Part shown: piece after piece, positions 23,179 through 37,147 of the stretch
Numbering within the stretch: the first letter of the stretch is position 1
Layout: each line of letters starts with the position of its first letter
Source of the DNA: Candidatus Limnocylindria bacterium
GTDB lineage: Bacteria; Desulfobacterota; Binatia; DP-6
DNA: 64,000 nt
NCBI GenBank assembly: GCA_035559675.1
Contig: DATMAZ010000062.1
Span: 10,679 to 74,678, forward strand
Direction of reading: 5' to 3'
The notes under the pieces: generated by a model
Databases searched by the model: none
What the model was told of the DNA's origin: nothing
The model's input: the letters and a program-made list of their open reading frames with translations, nothing else
Translations under genes and position numbers: made by a program

Positions 23179-24797
23179 CAGCGCCCCCGCGCGTCGCTGT
23201 GCCCCCGCCGGCCCTTCTGCCGTCCCGACTTGTACAGCTTGTAGTCCATGCTGTCGGCGAGCGCCTGCCAGCTCGCCTCGATGACGTTGTGCGAGACCCC
23301 CACGGTGCCCCAGCGATCGTGATCGTCCCCCGACTCGATCAGCACGCGCACGGTTGCGGCGGTACCCTCCGCGCCGCCGAGCACGCGCACCTTGTAGTCG
23401 TGCAAGCGGACGCTGTTCACCTCGGGATAGAACTTCCCGAGCGCCTTGCGGAGCGCCATGTCGAGAGCATGCACCGGGCCGTTGCCCTGCGCGGCGGTGT
23501 GCTCGATCTGACCGTCGGGCCCCTCGAGCATGATCGTGGCTTCGGCGATCGGCGGCTCGTCCTCGCGCCGCTTCTCGTCGATCACACGGAAGCCGATCAG
23601 CCGAAACCAGCGCATCCGTTCCCCGTCGAGGGTGTGGCGCATGAGCAGCTCGAACGACGCCTCGGCGCCTTCGAACGCGTAGCCCTGTCCCTCCAGCTCC
23701 TTCAGCCGCGCCACGACCTCCTGGAGACGCGGCGAGCTCGGATCGACGGCGATCCCGAACTGCTTCGCCTTCGCCAGCACGTTGGCGCGCCCCGAGAGGT
23801 CGGAGAGCAGGATGCGCTGGCTGTTACCGACCAGCGCCGGATCGATGTGCTCGTAGGTCTCGGGCTTCTTCGCCACGGCCGCCGCGTGCAGGCCGCCCTT
23901 GTGGGCGAAGGCGCTCTGCCCGACGAACGGCTGGCGCTTGTTGGGCTCGAGGTTGGCCAGCTCGTAGACGTAGCGGGAGAGGTCGCCCAGCATCGCGAGC
24001 TGCTTCGGAGTGACGACGTGCAGGCCGGCCTTCAGCTGCAGGTTCGCCACGACCGACACCAGGTTGGCGTTCCCGCAGCGCTCGCCGATGCCGTTGATCG
24101 TCCCCTGCACCTGCTCGCAGCCGTGCTCCACGGCGACCAGCGAGTTGGCAACCGCCAACTCGGAGTCGTTGTGACAGTGGATGCCGAAGCGTCCCTCGGG
24201 GTGCGCGGCCCGTGCGGCGTCGACCGCCGCCGCCACCCGGGCGGGCAGCGAGCCGCCGCGCGTGTCGCAGAGGCAGACGACCGCCGCCCCGCCCCGCCAG
24301 GCCGCCGCCAGGCAGGCGAGCGCGTACTCGGGATTGGCCGCCCAGCCGTCGAAGAAGTGCTCGGCGTCGAACACGACCTCGTCAACCCGGCGACTCAGAT
24401 AGGCGACGGAGTCCTCGATCAGCTCGAGGTTCTCCTCGAGTGGCACGCGGAGATCGTGCCGGACGTGCAAGTCCCACGTCTTGCCGACGATCGTCACCAC
24501 CGGGGTGTCGGCCTTGAGGCACGCTACCAAATTGGCGTCCTGCGCGGCGCGCACCCCGCTCCGCCGCGTCGAGCCGAAGGCGGCGATCCGGGCCTGGCGC
24601 AGCCCGGCCCGCTTGACGGCGCGGAAATACTCCTCGTCGCGCGGGTTCGAGCCCGGCCACCCACCCTCGATGTAGCGCACGCCGAAGGCGTCGAGCCGCT
24701 CGCTGATGCGCAGCTTGTCGTCGAGCGTGAGCGCGACGTCCTCGGCCTGACAGCCGTCACGCAGGGTGGTGTCGTAGAGGTCGACCGACCGCTTCAT
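23178..24797 (-). CDS. cimA: LeuA-family synthase with a C-terminal LeuA_dimer domain, probably (R)-citramalate synthase.
   Basis: [11 protein letters not shown] is followed by the HMGL-like barrel (HCHND) and a regulatory domain. The ~539-aa length is typical of the CimA/LeuA2 type. Confidence 0.7.
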   Translation of the reverse strand: MKRSVDLYDTTLRDGCQAEDVALTLDDKLRISERLDAFGVRYIEGGWPGSNPRDEEYFRAVKRAGLRQARIAAFGSTRRSGVRAAQDANLVACLKADTPVVTIVGKTWDLHVRHDLRVPLEENLELIEDSVAYLSRRVDEVVFDAEHFFDGWAANPEYALACLAAAWRGGAAVVCLCDTRGGSLPARVAAAVDAARAAHPEGRFGIHCHNDSELAVANSLVAVEHGCEQVQGTINGIGERCGNANLVSVVANLQLKAGLHVVTPKQLAMLGDLSRYVYELANLEPNKRQPFVGQSAFAHKGGLHAAAVAKKPETYEHIDPALVGNSQRILLSDLSGRANVLAKAKQFGIAVDPSSPRLQEVVARLKELEGQGYAFEGAEASFELLMRHTLDGERMRWFRLIGFRVIDEKRREDEPPIAEATIMLEGPDGQIEHTAAQGNGPVHALDMALRKALGKFYPEVNSVRLHDYKVRVLGGAEGTAATVRVLIESGDDHDRWGTVGVSHNVIEASWQALADSMDYKLYKSGRQKGRRGHSDARGR

Positions 24798-26008
24798 GGC
24801 TCCGCGATGAACGCGTCGTGCAGGGCGCGGACCGCCAGCTCGGCGTACTTGGCCGCCACCACCACGGAGATCTTGATCTCCGAGGTCGAGATCATCTGGA
24901 CGTTCACCCCCTCGGCGGCCAGCACCTCGAACATGCGGGCGGCGATGCCGGCGTGCGTGCGCATGCCGAGGCCCACGATGGACACCTTGGCGAGATCGAG
25001 GTCGCCGCGGATCTCCCGTCCGCCGATGGTGGCGAGCAGCCCGTCGAGGATGCGCCGCGCCTTCGCGTAGTCGGCTTGCGGGACCGTGAACGTCAGGTCC
25101 GTGGTGCCGTCGGCGCTGGCGTTCTGAATGATCATGTCGACCACGATGCCCGCCGCCGCCACCGGTCCGAACACCTGGGCCGCTATGCCGGGGCGATCCG
25201 GCACGCCGACCACGGTGAGCTTCGCCTGGTCCCGGTCGCAGGCCACGCCGGCGACGCTGACTTCTTCCATGCTGGACTCCTCTCGCACGACCCACGTGCC
25301 CTCGCCGTCGTCGAACGACGAGCGCACGTGCAGCGGCACGGAATACCGCTTCGCGAATTCGACCGAACGGATGTGCAGCACCTTCGCGCCGAGGCTGGCG
25401 AGCTCCAGCATCTCGTCGTGCGCGATGCGCGAGAGCTTACGCGCGCCCGGCACGATGCGCGGGTCGCTCGTGTAGACCCCGTCGACGTCGGTGTAGATCT
25501 CGCACACGTCGGCGCCGAGCGCGGCCGCCACGGCCACTGCCGTGGTGTCCGAGCCGCCGCGTCCGAGCGTGGTGATGCGGCCGTCCCGGGTGACTCCCTG
25601 GAATCCCGCCACCACTGCTACCTGCCCGGCAGCGAGGGCGGCGCGCAGCGCCGTCGGATCGATCTCGCGGATGCGCGCGTGACCGAAGCCCTCGTCCGTC
25701 ACGATGGGCACCTGGAACCCGAGAAAGGAGCGCGCCGGGATGCCCCGGTCCAGTAGCACCAGCGCCAGCAGCCCGGCCGTCACCTGCTCGCCGGCCGTGG
25801 CGAGGACGTCGCTCTCGGCCTCGCTCGGGACGTCGGCGGCGGCGCGGGCCAAGGCGAGCAGCCGGTTGGTCTCGCCGGCCATGGCGCTCACCACCACGAC
25901 GACGGAATTGCCCGCTGCCCGGGCGCGGGCCACCCGCTCGGCGACGTGCCGGATGCGGTCGACGTCGGCGACGGACGTACCACCATACTTCTGGACCACG
26001 AGTGCCAT
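24794..26008 (-). CDS. lysC: Aspartate kinase.
   Basis: [13 protein letters not shown] is the kinase start. A kinase domain is followed by two C-terminal ACT domains. Confidence 0.9.
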   Translation of the reverse strand: MALVVQKYGGTSVADVDRIRHVAERVARARAAGNSVVVVVSAMAGETNRLLALARAAADVPSEAESDVLATAGEQVTAGLLALVLLDRGIPARSFLGFQVPIVTDEGFGHARIREIDPTALRAALAAGQVAVVAGFQGVTRDGRITTLGRGGSDTTAVAVAAALGADVCEIYTDVDGVYTSDPRIVPGARKLSRIAHDEMLELASLGAKVLHIRSVEFAKRYSVPLHVRSSFDDGEGTWVVREESSMEEVSVAGVACDRDQAKLTVVGVPDRPGIAAQVFGPVAAAGIVVDMIIQNASADGTTDLTFTVPQADYAKARRILDGLLATIGGREIRGDLDLAKVSIVGLGMRTHAGIAARMFEVLAAEGVNVQMISTSEIKISVVVAAKYAELAVRALHDAFIAEP

Positions 26009-26013
26009 GTGTC

Positions 26014-26499
26014 CTACGCGCCCCCGTTCGCCAGCGCCGTGGCGAGCCAGCGTGCATGCCGAGCGCCATACGCACGCAACCAGACGGCGCGCCCTTCTGG
26101 CGCATGCGCCAGCTCGACGACGAGGGCCTCGTCGGAGGCGTCTTCGCCGAGCCGGTCGTACCACTCGACCGCCGCTACCCCGTTGCCGAACAGGACGTCG
26201 CGGAAGAATAGCTCATCGAGCTTGTCCGGCTCAAGGCGATACAGATCCACGTGGGCCAGCGGGAGCCGCCCGCCCTCGTAGGCCGTGACGATCGTAAACG
26301 ACGGGCTGTGCACCGCGCCGGGGTCGGCGCCCAGCCCGGCGGCGAGCCCGCGCACGAGGCAGGTCTTGCCCGCCCCCAGCTCGCCCACCAGGCCGAGGAG
26401 ACCGCCCGCAGGAGCAGTCCTGCCGAGCCGGGCGCCCAGCGCCTCCGTGTCCTCCGGGGTGCGGGTCTCGAGTCGGCGCTCGAGCGCGGGCGCTTTCAC
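26014..26499 (-). CDS. tsaE: tRNA threonylcarbamoyladenosine biosynthesis ATPase TsaE (YjeE).
   Basis: The P-loop is GELGAGKT and the protein is ~160 aa. GTG start overlaps the nnr stop as GTGA. Confidence 0.8.
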   Translation of the reverse strand: MKAPALERRLETRTPEDTEALGARLGRTAPAGGLLGLVGELGAGKTCLVRGLAAGLGADPGAVHSPSFTIVTAYEGGRLPLAHVDLYRLEPDKLDELFFRDVLFGNGVAAVEWYDRLGEDASDEALVVELAHAPEGRAVWLRAYGARHARWLATALANGGA

Positions 26500-28055
26500 G
26501 ACGGCCCGGCCTCGGCCTGCACGGCCGCGATGGCGCTCGGGATCTCCGTCAGCAGATCGCGCGCCAAGAGCCCCGCCATTCCACCCCGCCGCGCGGCGAT
26601 GGCGTCGGCCGCGCGGCCGTGGACGAAGACGGCGAAGCATGCGGCGTCGAAGGGCTCGAGCCCTTGCGCGAGGATGCCTCCCGTGAGACCGGCGAGCACG
26701 TCGCCGCTGCCGCCGCTCGCCAGCCCGGGATTGCCGGCGAGCGAGATCGCGCAGCGCCCATCCGGGGCCGCGATCACGGTCCCAGCGCCTTTCAGCACGA
26801 CCGTCACGCCGTGGGCGGCGGCGAAGCCGCGGGCGGCGGCGAGCCGATCGGCTTGCACCTCGGCCCTGCCGGATCCGAGAAGCCGCGCCATCTCACCCGG
26901 GTGCGGTGTGACGACCACCGGCGCGCGCCGCTCGGCCAGGAGATTCGTCCCTGCCACGGCGTTGAGCGCATCGGCGTCCAGCACCAGCGGGACGTCTGCG
27001 GTACGGAGCAGCGAGGCGACCAAGGCACGCGGCCCGTCGCCCTGTCCCAACCCCGGACCGCACACCACCACCGTGCGGTTCCCGAGCAGCCCGGCCAGCG
27101 CGGCGGCGTCGGGCGGGGCGGCGAGGCCGTCTCCGGCATCGGGCAGCGCGGCGGTCATGACCTCGGCGATGCGTCCCTCGATCAGCGGCTGCAGCGAGGC
27201 CGGCACGGCAAGCGTGGTGAGCCCCGCCCCACCCCGCGCCGCCGCCTCGGCGGCCAGCAGTGCGGCCCCGAGCTTGCCGCGCGAGCCGGCGGCGATCAGC
27301 ACGTGGCCGAAGTGGCCCTTGTGGGCCACCGCAGCCCGCCGGGGCAGCAGGGCGCCGACGGCGCTGGCTTCCAGCACGTCGATGCACTGCCGGTCCTCCT
27401 CGGGGGTGAGCGGTGCGAGACCGATGTCGGCCACGTGCAGCGCGCCGGCATACTGTGGCCCGGGCGGCATGCAGAGGCCGGCCTTGGCCAGCCCGAACGT
27501 CACGGTGGACGTGGCACGGACGGCGACGCCGAGCGGCAGCCCGGTGTCCGCGGACAGCCCGGAAGGCACGTCGAGCGCCAGGATCGGGACGCCGGCGCCG
27601 TTCATGGCCTCCACGGCCGCGGCGGCTAGCCCGGTGAGCGGTGCGTTGAGGCCGGTGCCGAACAGGCCATCGACCAGCAACGCCGCCTGCCGGCATCGCG
27701 CCGCGAACGTGGCCACGTCGGCCTCGCTCTGCAGCAGGCGCACGCGCCCGCCGGCCCGCCGCCAGCGGGCCTCCATCTCGGCCGCATCGCCCCGGAGCGC
27801 GCCGGGCGTTCCGAGCAGCCAGACCTCGACGCGGCGGCCCCGCCGGCGCAGCAGGCGCGCCACCACGAAGCCATCGCCGCCGTTGTTGCCCCGGCCACAG
27901 GCGACGAGCACGAGACCGCCTCGCTTGCCGAGCAGCTGCTGCGCCCGCTCGGCCCCCGCCCGCCCGGCGCGTTCCATCAAGACGCGTCCGGGGGTGCCCG
28001 CGGCGATGGTGCGAGCGTCCAGGGCGCGCATGGCGGCGGCGCTCACCACGCGCAC
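26496..28055 (-). CDS. nnr: Bifunctional NAD(P)H-hydrate repair enzyme Nnr (epimerase YjeF_N plus dehydratase).
   Basis: A YjeF N-terminal domain (GNNGGDGFVVARLL) is followed by a carbohydrate-kinase-like dehydratase domain (GSGDVLAG). Confidence 0.85.
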   Translation of the reverse strand: MRVVSAAAMRALDARTIAAGTPGRVLMERAGRAGAERAQQLLGKRGGLVLVACGRGNNGGDGFVVARLLRRRGRRVEVWLLGTPGALRGDAAEMEARWRRAGGRVRLLQSEADVATFAARCRQAALLVDGLFGTGLNAPLTGLAAAAVEAMNGAGVPILALDVPSGLSADTGLPLGVAVRATSTVTFGLAKAGLCMPPGPQYAGALHVADIGLAPLTPEEDRQCIDVLEASAVGALLPRRAAVAHKGHFGHVLIAAGSRGKLGAALLAAEAAARGGAGLTTLAVPASLQPLIEGRIAEVMTAALPDAGDGLAAPPDAAALAGLLGNRTVVVCGPGLGQGDGPRALVASLLRTADVPLVLDADALNAVAGTNLLAERRAPVVVTPHPGEMARLLGSGRAEVQADRLAAARGFAAAHGVTVVLKGAGTVIAAPDGRCAISLAGNPGLASGGSGDVLAGLTGGILAQGLEPFDAACFAVFVHGRAADAIAARRGGMAGLLARDLLTEIPSAIAAVQAEAGPS

Positions 28056-28058
28056 GGG

Positions 28059-29420
28059 TCACCCGCCGATCGCGGCGTCGGCGGCCGCCACGATGTCGGC
28101 CGCCAGCTTGGCGATCTGCGCCTCCGATTCGCCCTCGACCATCACCCGCAAGAGCGTTTCCGTGCCGGAGTAGCGCACCAGCACGCGGCCGCGCTCCCCG
28201 AGTACGCGCTCGGCCTCTCGCACGGCGCGCGCCACGCCAGGCAGCGAGTCCACCGGCGGCTTCTCCCGGACGCGCAGGTTGCGCAGCACCTGGGGATACC
28301 GCGTCATCACTCGCCGCAGCTCCGAGAGCGGACGGCCGCTCTCGACCATGCGCGCAAGCACGGCCAGCCCGGTGATCAAGCCGTCGCCGGTGGTGTTGTG
28401 GTCGAGAAACACGATGTGCCCGGACTGTTCGCCGCCGAGGTTGTAGCCGCCCCGCACCATCGCTTCGACGACGTAGCGATCGCCCACCGCCGTCGTCACC
28501 ACCTGGATGCCCCGCTCGCGCATCGCCACGTGCAGGCCGAGGTTGCTCATGACGGTGGTGACCAGCGTGCCGTGCTGCAGCTCGCCACGGCCGTGCAGAT
28601 GGGTCGCGAGGATCGCCATCACCTCGTCGCCGTCGACCACGGCGCCCTGCTCGTCGACCAGGATGGCGCGGTCGGCGTCGCCGTCGAGCGCCAGCCCGAC
28701 GTGCGCACCCGATTCGCGCACCAGCGCCTGCAGCGCCGCGGGATGCAGCGCACCGACGCCGTCGTTGATGTTCTCCCCGTTCGGGTCGACGCCTATCGCG
28801 ACGACGCGCGCGCCGAGCTCTTCCAGGACCTCGGGCGCCACGCGATAGGCGGCGCCGTGGCCGCAGTCGAGCGCGATGGTGAGGCCGTCGAGGGTGAACG
28901 CCCGCGGGAAGGTGCTCTTCACCAGCACGTTGTAGCGGCCGACGGCGTCGTCGATGCGAAACGCCTTGCCGATCTCGGTGGCGGTGGGGCGCAGCGCGTC
29001 GATGGCGTCGCCGAAGACGTAGCGCTCGATCTCGAGCTCGAGCTCGTCGGCGAGCTTGAAGCCGCTCGACCCGAAGAACTTGATGCCGTTGTCCTGAAAC
29101 GGGTTGTGCGACGCCGAGATGACCACCCCTGCGTCCGCGCGCATCGAGCGGGTGAGAAAGGCGATGCCGGGTGTGGGCAGCGGCCCCACGAGGAGCACGT
29201 CGACGCCCATCGAGCAGATGCCCGAGGCCATCGCCTGCTCGAGCATGTAGCCCGAGAGCCGCGTGTCCTTGCCGATCAGGATCTTGTGGCGGTGCGGCGA
29301 CCGTTTGCTCACGTGCGCCAGCGCCCGTCCGAGGCGCAAGGCCGTCTCCGAAGTCATCGGCTCGACGTTGGCCGTGCCGCGTACCCCGTCGGTTCCGAAC
29401 AATCGGCGCTCGCCGCTCAT
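28059..29420 (-). CDS. glmM: Phosphoglucosamine mutase.
   Basis: LFGTDGVRG is followed by the active-site SASHNP. The gene forms an operon with cdaR and cdaA. Confidence 0.95.
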   Translation of the reverse strand: MSGERRLFGTDGVRGTANVEPMTSETALRLGRALAHVSKRSPHRHKILIGKDTRLSGYMLEQAMASGICSMGVDVLLVGPLPTPGIAFLTRSMRADAGVVISASHNPFQDNGIKFFGSSGFKLADELELEIERYVFGDAIDALRPTATEIGKAFRIDDAVGRYNVLVKSTFPRAFTLDGLTIALDCGHGAAYRVAPEVLEELGARVVAIGVDPNGENINDGVGALHPAALQALVRESGAHVGLALDGDADRAILVDEQGAVVDGDEVMAILATHLHGRGELQHGTLVTTVMSNLGLHVAMRERGIQVVTTAVGDRYVVEAMVRGGYNLGGEQSGHIVFLDHNTTGDGLITGLAVLARMVESGRPLSELRRVMTRYPQVLRNLRVREKPPVDSLPGVARAVREAERVLGERGRVLVRYSGTETLLRVMVEGESEAQIAKLAADIVAAADAAIGG

Positions 29421-30385
29421 GACGCTCCTTTCTGCTCCGGGACGACCAGCCGGTGCACCTCCGGCGTGCGGGTGACCACTTCGATGCCGCGTGGGACGGT
29501 CACCGCCACCTCGACCTGGTGGGAGCCGGGCGCGAGCCCGCGGGCGTCCACCACGGCCGCGTCGGCGGGCACCTCGAAGTCGTTCAGGATGCGCTGCGGC
29601 CCGCGGAGCGTGACGGCGAGCGTCGGCGGCGTGAGCACCGCCGTCGGCGCGCCGAGCACGTGCACCGGCACCTTTCTGAATTCCTTGCTGACGATGACTT
29701 CCTCCAGCTCCACCGTCACGCTGACACGATCTGGCTCGAACTGCACGTAGTCCCCCACCCATTCGAGGCCCACGAGGCGGGTGACCTCGCGGTCGGCGCC
29801 GCCGATGTCCACCGGCACGGTCTGCACCCGGCGCAGCTGATCGACGACGCTCGCCGGCCCGGACACGGCGACCATCGGCGGCTGCACGGTCGAGTTCGTC
29901 ACGCTGTAGCCGAAGGCCGGGGTCCCGATGGTCTCCACGCGCACGGGCAGCCGCCGGACATGCAGCGGCTCGGCGCGCAGCTCGATGCGCCCGGGCTGGA
30001 GCCGCACGACACGCAGCCGCCGTGGCAGATCCGGCTCGATGTGCCCTTCCTGCAGGTCCACCCGGTTGCTGCCCACCCGCAGCCCGCGCACCGGCAGCAC
30101 GAACTTGAGCCGCGACTCCTCGACGCCCTCGAGCAGCGTCCGCGGACCCCGCAGCGTGATGGCCACCGGCGTGGTCGGCGCGTCGACGACCGTGAGATCG
30201 GGCGGCACGTGGCGCGGCACCACCGGAACGTCGACCACCCGCTCGGCGTCGCGCTCCAGCACGTTGGTCGACCACCAGACCAGACACGCCAGCACGAGCG
30301 ACACGAGCTTCAAGCCGCGGTTGTGCCGTGACCGTGCCCGCACCATCGCGGCGAACGCCCGCACCCTCGACAACACCGTGCTCAT
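29417..30385 (-). CDS. cdaR: CdaR (YbbR-domain) regulator of diadenylate cyclase.
   Basis: An N-terminal TM helix is followed by repeated YbbR-like beta domains. It is translationally coupled (ATGA) on both sides, between cdaA and glmM. Confidence 0.75.
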   Translation of the reverse strand: MSTVLSRVRAFAAMVRARSRHNRGLKLVSLVLACLVWWSTNVLERDAERVVDVPVVPRHVPPDLTVVDAPTTPVAITLRGPRTLLEGVEESRLKFVLPVRGLRVGSNRVDLQEGHIEPDLPRRLRVVRLQPGRIELRAEPLHVRRLPVRVETIGTPAFGYSVTNSTVQPPMVAVSGPASVVDQLRRVQTVPVDIGGADREVTRLVGLEWVGDYVQFEPDRVSVTVELEEVIVSKEFRKVPVHVLGAPTAVLTPPTLAVTLRGPQRILNDFEVPADAAVVDARGLAPGSHQVEVAVTVPRGIEVVTRTPEVHRLVVPEQKGAS

Positions 30386-31134
30386 CCCAGCAGCAGCCGT
30401 TGCAGCGTGACGCGCAGCGTGCCCGGATCCACGTCGCGCGTCATCCGGCCGCGGTGCACCAGCGACACCGTGCCGTCCTCCTCGGAGACGACCAGCACCA
30501 CGGCGTCCGTCTCCTCGGTGAGGCCGATGGCGGCGCGATGACGGGTGCCCAGCGTCCGGGACAGATTGGGGTTCGAGGTGAGCGGCAGCACGCACCCCGC
30601 CGCCGTGATGCGCCCGCCCTGGATGATCAACGCGCCGTCGTGCACGGGCGAACCCGGTTGGAAGATCGAGACCACCAGCTCCCGCGATACGCGCGCGTCG
30701 AGCGGCGTGCCGACCTCGATGTACTCGTTGAGGCCGACCTCGTTCTGGAGCACGATCAGCGCGCCGACGCGGGCGGCGGCGAGCTGGGAGACCGCCCGCA
30801 CGATCTCCTCCACGGCCTGGTTTTGCGCCACGCGGTCGCGCTGCGAGAACAGCGGGCCGGTGCCGACCTGGGTCAGCATGCGCCGGATGTCGCCCTGAAA
30901 GACGATCACGATCAGGACGATCGACCACCCCAGCACGTAGCGCAGCAGCAGGTGGACGGTATAGATCTCGAAGCGCCCGGACAGCAGATAGAGGCCGTAC
31001 AGCATGCCGAGGCCGATCAGCATGGGCACGGCGCGCGTGCCCCGAATCACGTTGGCGACCGAGTAGATGCCGAGCGCCAGGAGAGCGATGTCGACGGCGT
31101 CCTGCCATCGCAAGCCGCGCAGCAGGTCGCTCAT
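30382..31134 (-). CDS. cdaA: Diadenylate cyclase CdaA (c-di-AMP synthase).
   Basis: Three N-terminal TM helices are followed by a DisA_N (DAC) domain carrying DGA...RHRAA...GTRHRAA motifs. Confidence 0.9.
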   Translation of the reverse strand: MSDLLRGLRWQDAVDIALLALGIYSVANVIRGTRAVPMLIGLGMLYGLYLLSGRFEIYTVHLLLRYVLGWSIVLIVIVFQGDIRRMLTQVGTGPLFSQRDRVAQNQAVEEIVRAVSQLAAARVGALIVLQNEVGLNEYIEVGTPLDARVSRELVVSIFQPGSPVHDGALIIQGGRITAAGCVLPLTSNPNLSRTLGTRHRAAIGLTEETDAVVLVVSEEDGTVSLVHRGRMTRDVDPGTLRVTLQRLLLG

Positions 31135-31161
31135 GCTGGCCGCGCTCGTGACGGCCGCGAC

Positions 31162-33004
<1,843 letters not shown>

Positions 33005-33012
<8 letters not shown>

Positions 33013-34459
33013 TGGTGCCTCTTTCGGGACGCTCGACGCGCGGCGAGAGGGTACCACAGGGTTTCGCCAGCGGCAACGCGGGCTTATCGGTCATGTGCAC
33101 GCTCGCCTCCAGCACGCGGCGGGTGCTCGCGTCGACGCGTGCGACGGCCGCGCGCACCACGCCGGGCACCCAGACGACGTCGTCGCCCGCGAGCAGCACC
33201 GGGAGCGCCGCGCGGCGTCCGCGCGGCACCTTGCGGTCGATCAGCACGTCGTGCAGCTTGCGCGTTCCCACCTTCGGGATCCGCACGCGGTCGCCGCGCC
33301 GGGGCGCGCGGACCGAGAGCGGGCCGGGGAGCGTGTCGGCGTCGAGCACTGCCCGGTCCGGCGGCCGCCATGGATCCGTTCCCGCCGTCCAGTCCTGCGG
33401 GACGCTCACCGCGAGCACCCACGAGCTGCCACGGGCGGTCCCGCCCGGGACGACGGCCACGGCCTCGCCGCCGGCGCCGTTCGCCGCGTCCGGGGCAGCG
33501 GAGCCGCAGACGAGCCAGTCGCCCTCCCGCCACACGCACAGCCCGCCGGGCAGTGCGAGAGCGCCCCGAGGCGGCCGCGCGGCGCTCGCACGCACGCGCT
33601 CGACGTGCCCAGCCGTGAGGCCGCGGAGCCCCTGCTCTCCGAGCCAGGCTCGCACCACGCGGCGTCCGAGGGCCGGCGGCAGCGCCGCCACGGCGCAGTC
33701 GAGGGCCGTGCCGCGGCAAAGACGCGCCATTTCCGAACGGGCCAGCGCCTGCAGGACGTCGTCCTCGTCGCGAAGCCGGCTCGCCAGCCCCGCGAGCGCG
33801 TGAGTTACGCGCGGGTTGAACTCCGCGGCGAGCAGCGGCAGGACGAGGCGCCGTACCCGGTTCCGCGCGTGCTGCAAGTCGGCGTTGGTGCGATCAAGCG
33901 CGGGCACTAAGCGACGCTCAGCCAGGTACCACCGCACGTCGGCGCGGCTCACCCCGAGCAGCGGCCGCACCACGCGCCCGGCGTACGCCCGCATGCCGGC
34001 CAGCCCGCCGCGGCCGCCGCCGCGCAGCAGCCGCAGCAGCAGCGTCTCGGCCTGATCGTCGAGCGTGTGCCCGAGCGCGATGTGGCTCGCGCCCACCTCG
34101 TCGGCGAGCGCGCCGAGCGCGGCGCGGCGAAGCTCGCGGGCCCGCGACTCGACGCCGGGACCGTGACTCACGCCGAGCGCCCGCACGTACACCGGCGCCT
34201 GGAGCCGCTCGCCGATCGCGCGGACGACGGCTTCGTCCTGCGCCTCATCCGCCGCGACGCGCACCCCGTGCCGCAAATACGCCAACGTGAGGCGGAGGCC
34301 GTGCGCCGAGCCGAGCTCACCGAGCGCCAGCGCCAACGCCGAGGAATCGGGACCGCCCGAGCACGCCACGAGCACGTGGCTTCCCGGTGGGATTCCCGGT
34401 GCCCCGCCGAGAAACGACGCGACCCGGCGGACGACCACCGGCCGTGGATCACTGCCCAT
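33005..34459 (-). CDS. tilS: tRNA(Ile)-lysidine synthetase.
   Basis: [12 protein letters not shown] is the PP-loop SGGxDS motif. The N-terminal ATP-PPase domain is followed by substrate-binding domains, and the gene lies next to ftsH as in many bacteria. Confidence 0.85.
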
Positions 34460-34539
34460 CTTCTGCAACGTTATGCAGCAGCAATCGCATGGCACAAGCG
34501 GGTCTTGACCTCGGTCGGTCGGGACGCCGAAAAGCGCGC

Positions 34540-35388
34540 ATGGAGACGCTTCGCACGGAGACCCACGACGGCGTGCGCGTGATCGTGCTCACGCGGGCGG
34601 CCGAGTACAACACCATCACGCCGCAGCTGCGCGACGAGCTGGCCGCGGCCATCGACGCCGCGGACGCGGACCACGACGTGCGGGTCATTCTGCTGCGCGC
34701 CGAGGGGCCCGCCTTCTGCAGCGGCTACGGGCTCGACTGGGCGACCGCCGCGCAGGCCACCGCCGAAGCCGCCGCCACACGCGGCCGCGTCTGGGATTCG
34801 GTGGCAGACCTCCGCATGATGGGCCGCTTCGTCGACACGTACATGAAGCTCTGGTACGCACCGAAGCCCACCATCGCCGCGGTACAGGGCTGGTGCATCG
34901 GCGGCGGCACCGACATGGTGCTCTGCGCCGACCTCATCATCGCGGCCGACGATGCGCGCTTCGGCTACCCGCCGTCCCGGGTGTGGGGCACGCCGACCAC
35001 GGCGATGTGGGTCTATCGGATGGGGCTCGAGCGCGCCAAGCGATATCTGCTCACCGGCGACGAGATCCCGGCGCGCAAGGCGGCGGAGATGGGTCTCATT
35101 CTCGAGGTCGTCCCCGCCGCGGAACTCGAAGCCCACGCGATGGCGCTAGCGCGCCGCATGGCCCGGGTCCCGACCAACCAGCTCGTCATGCTGAAGCTTC
35201 TCTGCAACCACACCGCCGAGCACATGGGCCTCGCCACCTCCCGCCTGCTCGGCACGCTCTTCGACGGCGTGGCGCGGCATACCCAGGAGGGCCTCGACTT
35301 CGTCAAACGGGCGCAGGAGGTGGGCTTCCGCCAGGCGGTGCGCGAGCGCGACGATCCGTTCGGCGACTACGGCAGCCGCAAACGCTGA
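34540..35388 (+). CDS. Enoyl-CoA hydratase/isomerase (crotonase) family protein.
   Basis: ILLRAEGPAFCSGYGLD and the crotonase fold are present. The start is assigned to METLRTE. Confidence 0.8.
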   Translation: METLRTETHDGVRVIVLTRAAEYNTITPQLRDELAAAIDAADADHDVRVILLRAEGPAFCSGYGLDWATAAQATAEAAATRGRVWDSVADLRMMGRFVDTYMKLWYAPKPTIAAVQGWCIGGGTDMVLCADLIIAADDARFGYPPSRVWGTPTTAMWVYRMGLERAKRYLLTGDEIPARKAAEMGLILEVVPAAELEAHAMALARRMARVPTNQLVMLKLLCNHTAEHMGLATSRLLGTLFDGVARHTQEGLDFVKRAQEVGFRQAVRERDDPFGDYGSRKR

Positions 35389-35428
35389 GCGCGCGCCCGT
35401 GGCCGCGGCGGGCCCGAGCGCCGCACGC

Positions 35429-35899
35429 TCACGGCAGCGCCGGGTCCTCGCCAGCCAGCACGGCGCGACGCTGCTGGCGGTACCATTCCAGCGCTTCGCG
35501 CACCGCCTGCTGGCGGGCCGCAGGGTCCGTGTGCGTCTCACGAATCTCCGCCAGTCGTGCCCGGTAGGTGTCGGTGAGCTCGCGCAGCCGCAGGCGGCGC
35601 TCGCGGCGTTGCTCGAGGCGGTCGCCGGCCGGGCCTGCAGCCGCCGCTTCGGCCATGCCCTTCTCCAGCGCGTCCAGGCGCCGCTCCACCGCCGCCAAGC
35701 GGCGCTCGAGGCTCGCAAGGTCGGCCGCTACGTCATCGCGTTTCGGGGCCGTGGACTCCGCTTCACGCGATTGCTCGAGCGCGCGCAGCCGCTCGTCGAT
35801 GCGCTGCAGCCGCTCGTCGGGGCCGGCGTCCTGGCAGGCCAGCGCGCTCGCCAGCACGACGGCCACGGCTCCAATGCGGGCGATCGACCGGTGCCGCAT
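35429..35899 (-). CDS. Putative exported or lipoprotein of unknown function with a coiled-coil region.
   Basis: The signal peptide reads MRHRSIARIGAVAVVLASALAC. The remainder is an Arg/Glu/Leu-rich helical region. Confidence 0.5.
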   Translation of the reverse strand: MRHRSIARIGAVAVVLASALACQDAGPDERLQRIDERLRALEQSREAESTAPKRDDVAADLASLERRLAAVERRLDALEKGMAEAAAAGPAGDRLEQRRERRLRLRELTDTYRARLAEIRETHTDPAARQQAVREALEWYRQQRRAVLAGEDPALP

Positions 35900-35993
35900 G
35901 CGGTCTGCCTGTACGGATTTGCGGGCCCGGACGCAACACTGCCCGCCAGGGCCGCGAGCCCTGGCGGGCAGTGGTCATGAACGCTCGGAGATG

Positions 35994-36899
35994 TCAGTCG
36001 ATGAAGGCGCCGCTCGGCGAGCCGGACTGGCAGACGTTGCCGTGATTCTTGTCGGTCGACATCGAGTTGGAGCAGGAGCACCCGAAGATGAACGCGGCGC
36101 GCTGCATCTTGATCTTGGCGAAGGGGGCGCGGACCTCCGCCTCGAGCACCGATCCCTGCGACAGCCGGACCATCGTGCCTTCCGAGTTGAGGACGAACGG
36201 CGTCGCATCCGGCGTGGTGAGCTCGGTGCCCGCGCCCATCGAGAACTTGCCCTCGACGTTCACCACCGCGCCGGAATCGACCGTACCGGTGACGCCCTTG
36301 CCGATCTTCACGCTGCAGAACGAGTAGCTTCCCGGTCCGAGCGCGATGGTGGCCCCGTTGCCGACCACCAGCTCGCCGTACGTTCCGGGGGCGATCACCT
36401 GGTTGCCGTACCATGGCACGTTGATGTTGGCGCCACCGCAGGTGATGTCGTCGAACGCACCGCAGATCAAGGCCGGGTCGTTGCTGACGAGCGGCAGGGT
36501 GACGTTGAGCAGCGGAGGATTGCGTACCACGGCGCCGGGGCCGATCCTCAAGCGGTTCGACCGCGAGCCGGCGATGCTCGACTGCTCGCCCACGGTCACC
36601 TTGTCGCCGTACACCGCCACGCTGTTGCCGCTGCACGGATCGTTCGCGTCCATGCCCTGGCAGCTACGCCGCCCGAAACGGACCATGCCGCCGGGCAGGT
36701 TCGCCCCCACGTTCCCCACGATCACGGCGTCGTTGTTGAAGCGAATCTTGTCGTTCACCAGCCAGGCGAAGCTTCCCGGCGCATTGCTGCAGTCACACGC
36801 GGCGCGAGTCTCGGCGGCGCCGATCAGCGCCAAGCCCAAGACTAGACAGAAGATCCCCCCACGCGAGGCGATCACGCCTGCTCCCCCGACCGTTTTCAT
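35994..36899 (-). CDS. Secreted Cys-rich protein with Gly/Val/Asn-rich beta-strand repeats, function unknown.
   Basis: A GGAGG Shine-Dalgarno lies 8 nt upstream of the ATG (MKTVGG...). A signal peptide is followed by repeats of the type VIVGNVGAN, VTVGEQSSIAG and LVVGNGATIALGPG. Local GC is noticeably lower (~63-65%) than the flanking regions. Confidence 0.6.
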   Translation of the reverse strand: MKTVGGAGVIASRGGIFCLVLGLALIGAAETRAACDCSNAPGSFAWLVNDKIRFNNDAVIVGNVGANLPGGMVRFGRRSCQGMDANDPCSGNSVAVYGDKVTVGEQSSIAGSRSNRLRIGPGAVVRNPPLLNVTLPLVSNDPALICGAFDDITCGGANINVPWYGNQVIAPGTYGELVVGNGATIALGPGSYSFCSVKIGKGVTGTVDSGAVVNVEGKFSMGAGTELTTPDATPFVLNSEGTMVRLSQGSVLEAEVRAPFAKIKMQRAAFIFGCSCSNSMSTDKNHGNVCQSGSPSGAFID

Positions 36900-37073
36900 A
36901 GATTCGACCTCCGTAAGCTTCCTCAAGAACCTCGTCCCCCGACGCCCCCTGGCGCGTCTCCCCGGTGCCCTTCGGGGCGCGAAGGTGCCATGTTGGCGAG
37001 CAGTCCGTCAACAAGAATCCAACCTTGGTCGTAGGTCCTTGGTAGTAGGACGCTACGCAAATGCGAGGGGGGA

Positions 37074-37147
37074 TGGCGGCGGGCCGGATCGAACGGCCGA
37101 CCTAGGGATTATGAGACCCTCGCTCTAGCCAACTGAGCTACGCCGCC
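37074..37147 (-). tRNA. tRNA with anticodon CAT. It is either elongator tRNA-Met or lysidine-dependent tRNA-Ile2, which cannot be distinguished here.
   Basis: The reverse complement is GGCGGCGTAGCTCAGTTGGCTAGAGCGAGGGTCTCATAATCCCTAGGTCGGCCGTTCGATCCGGCCCGCCGCCA. It folds as a cloverleaf with a CTCATAA anticodon loop and a GTTCGATCC T-arm. Confidence 0.85.
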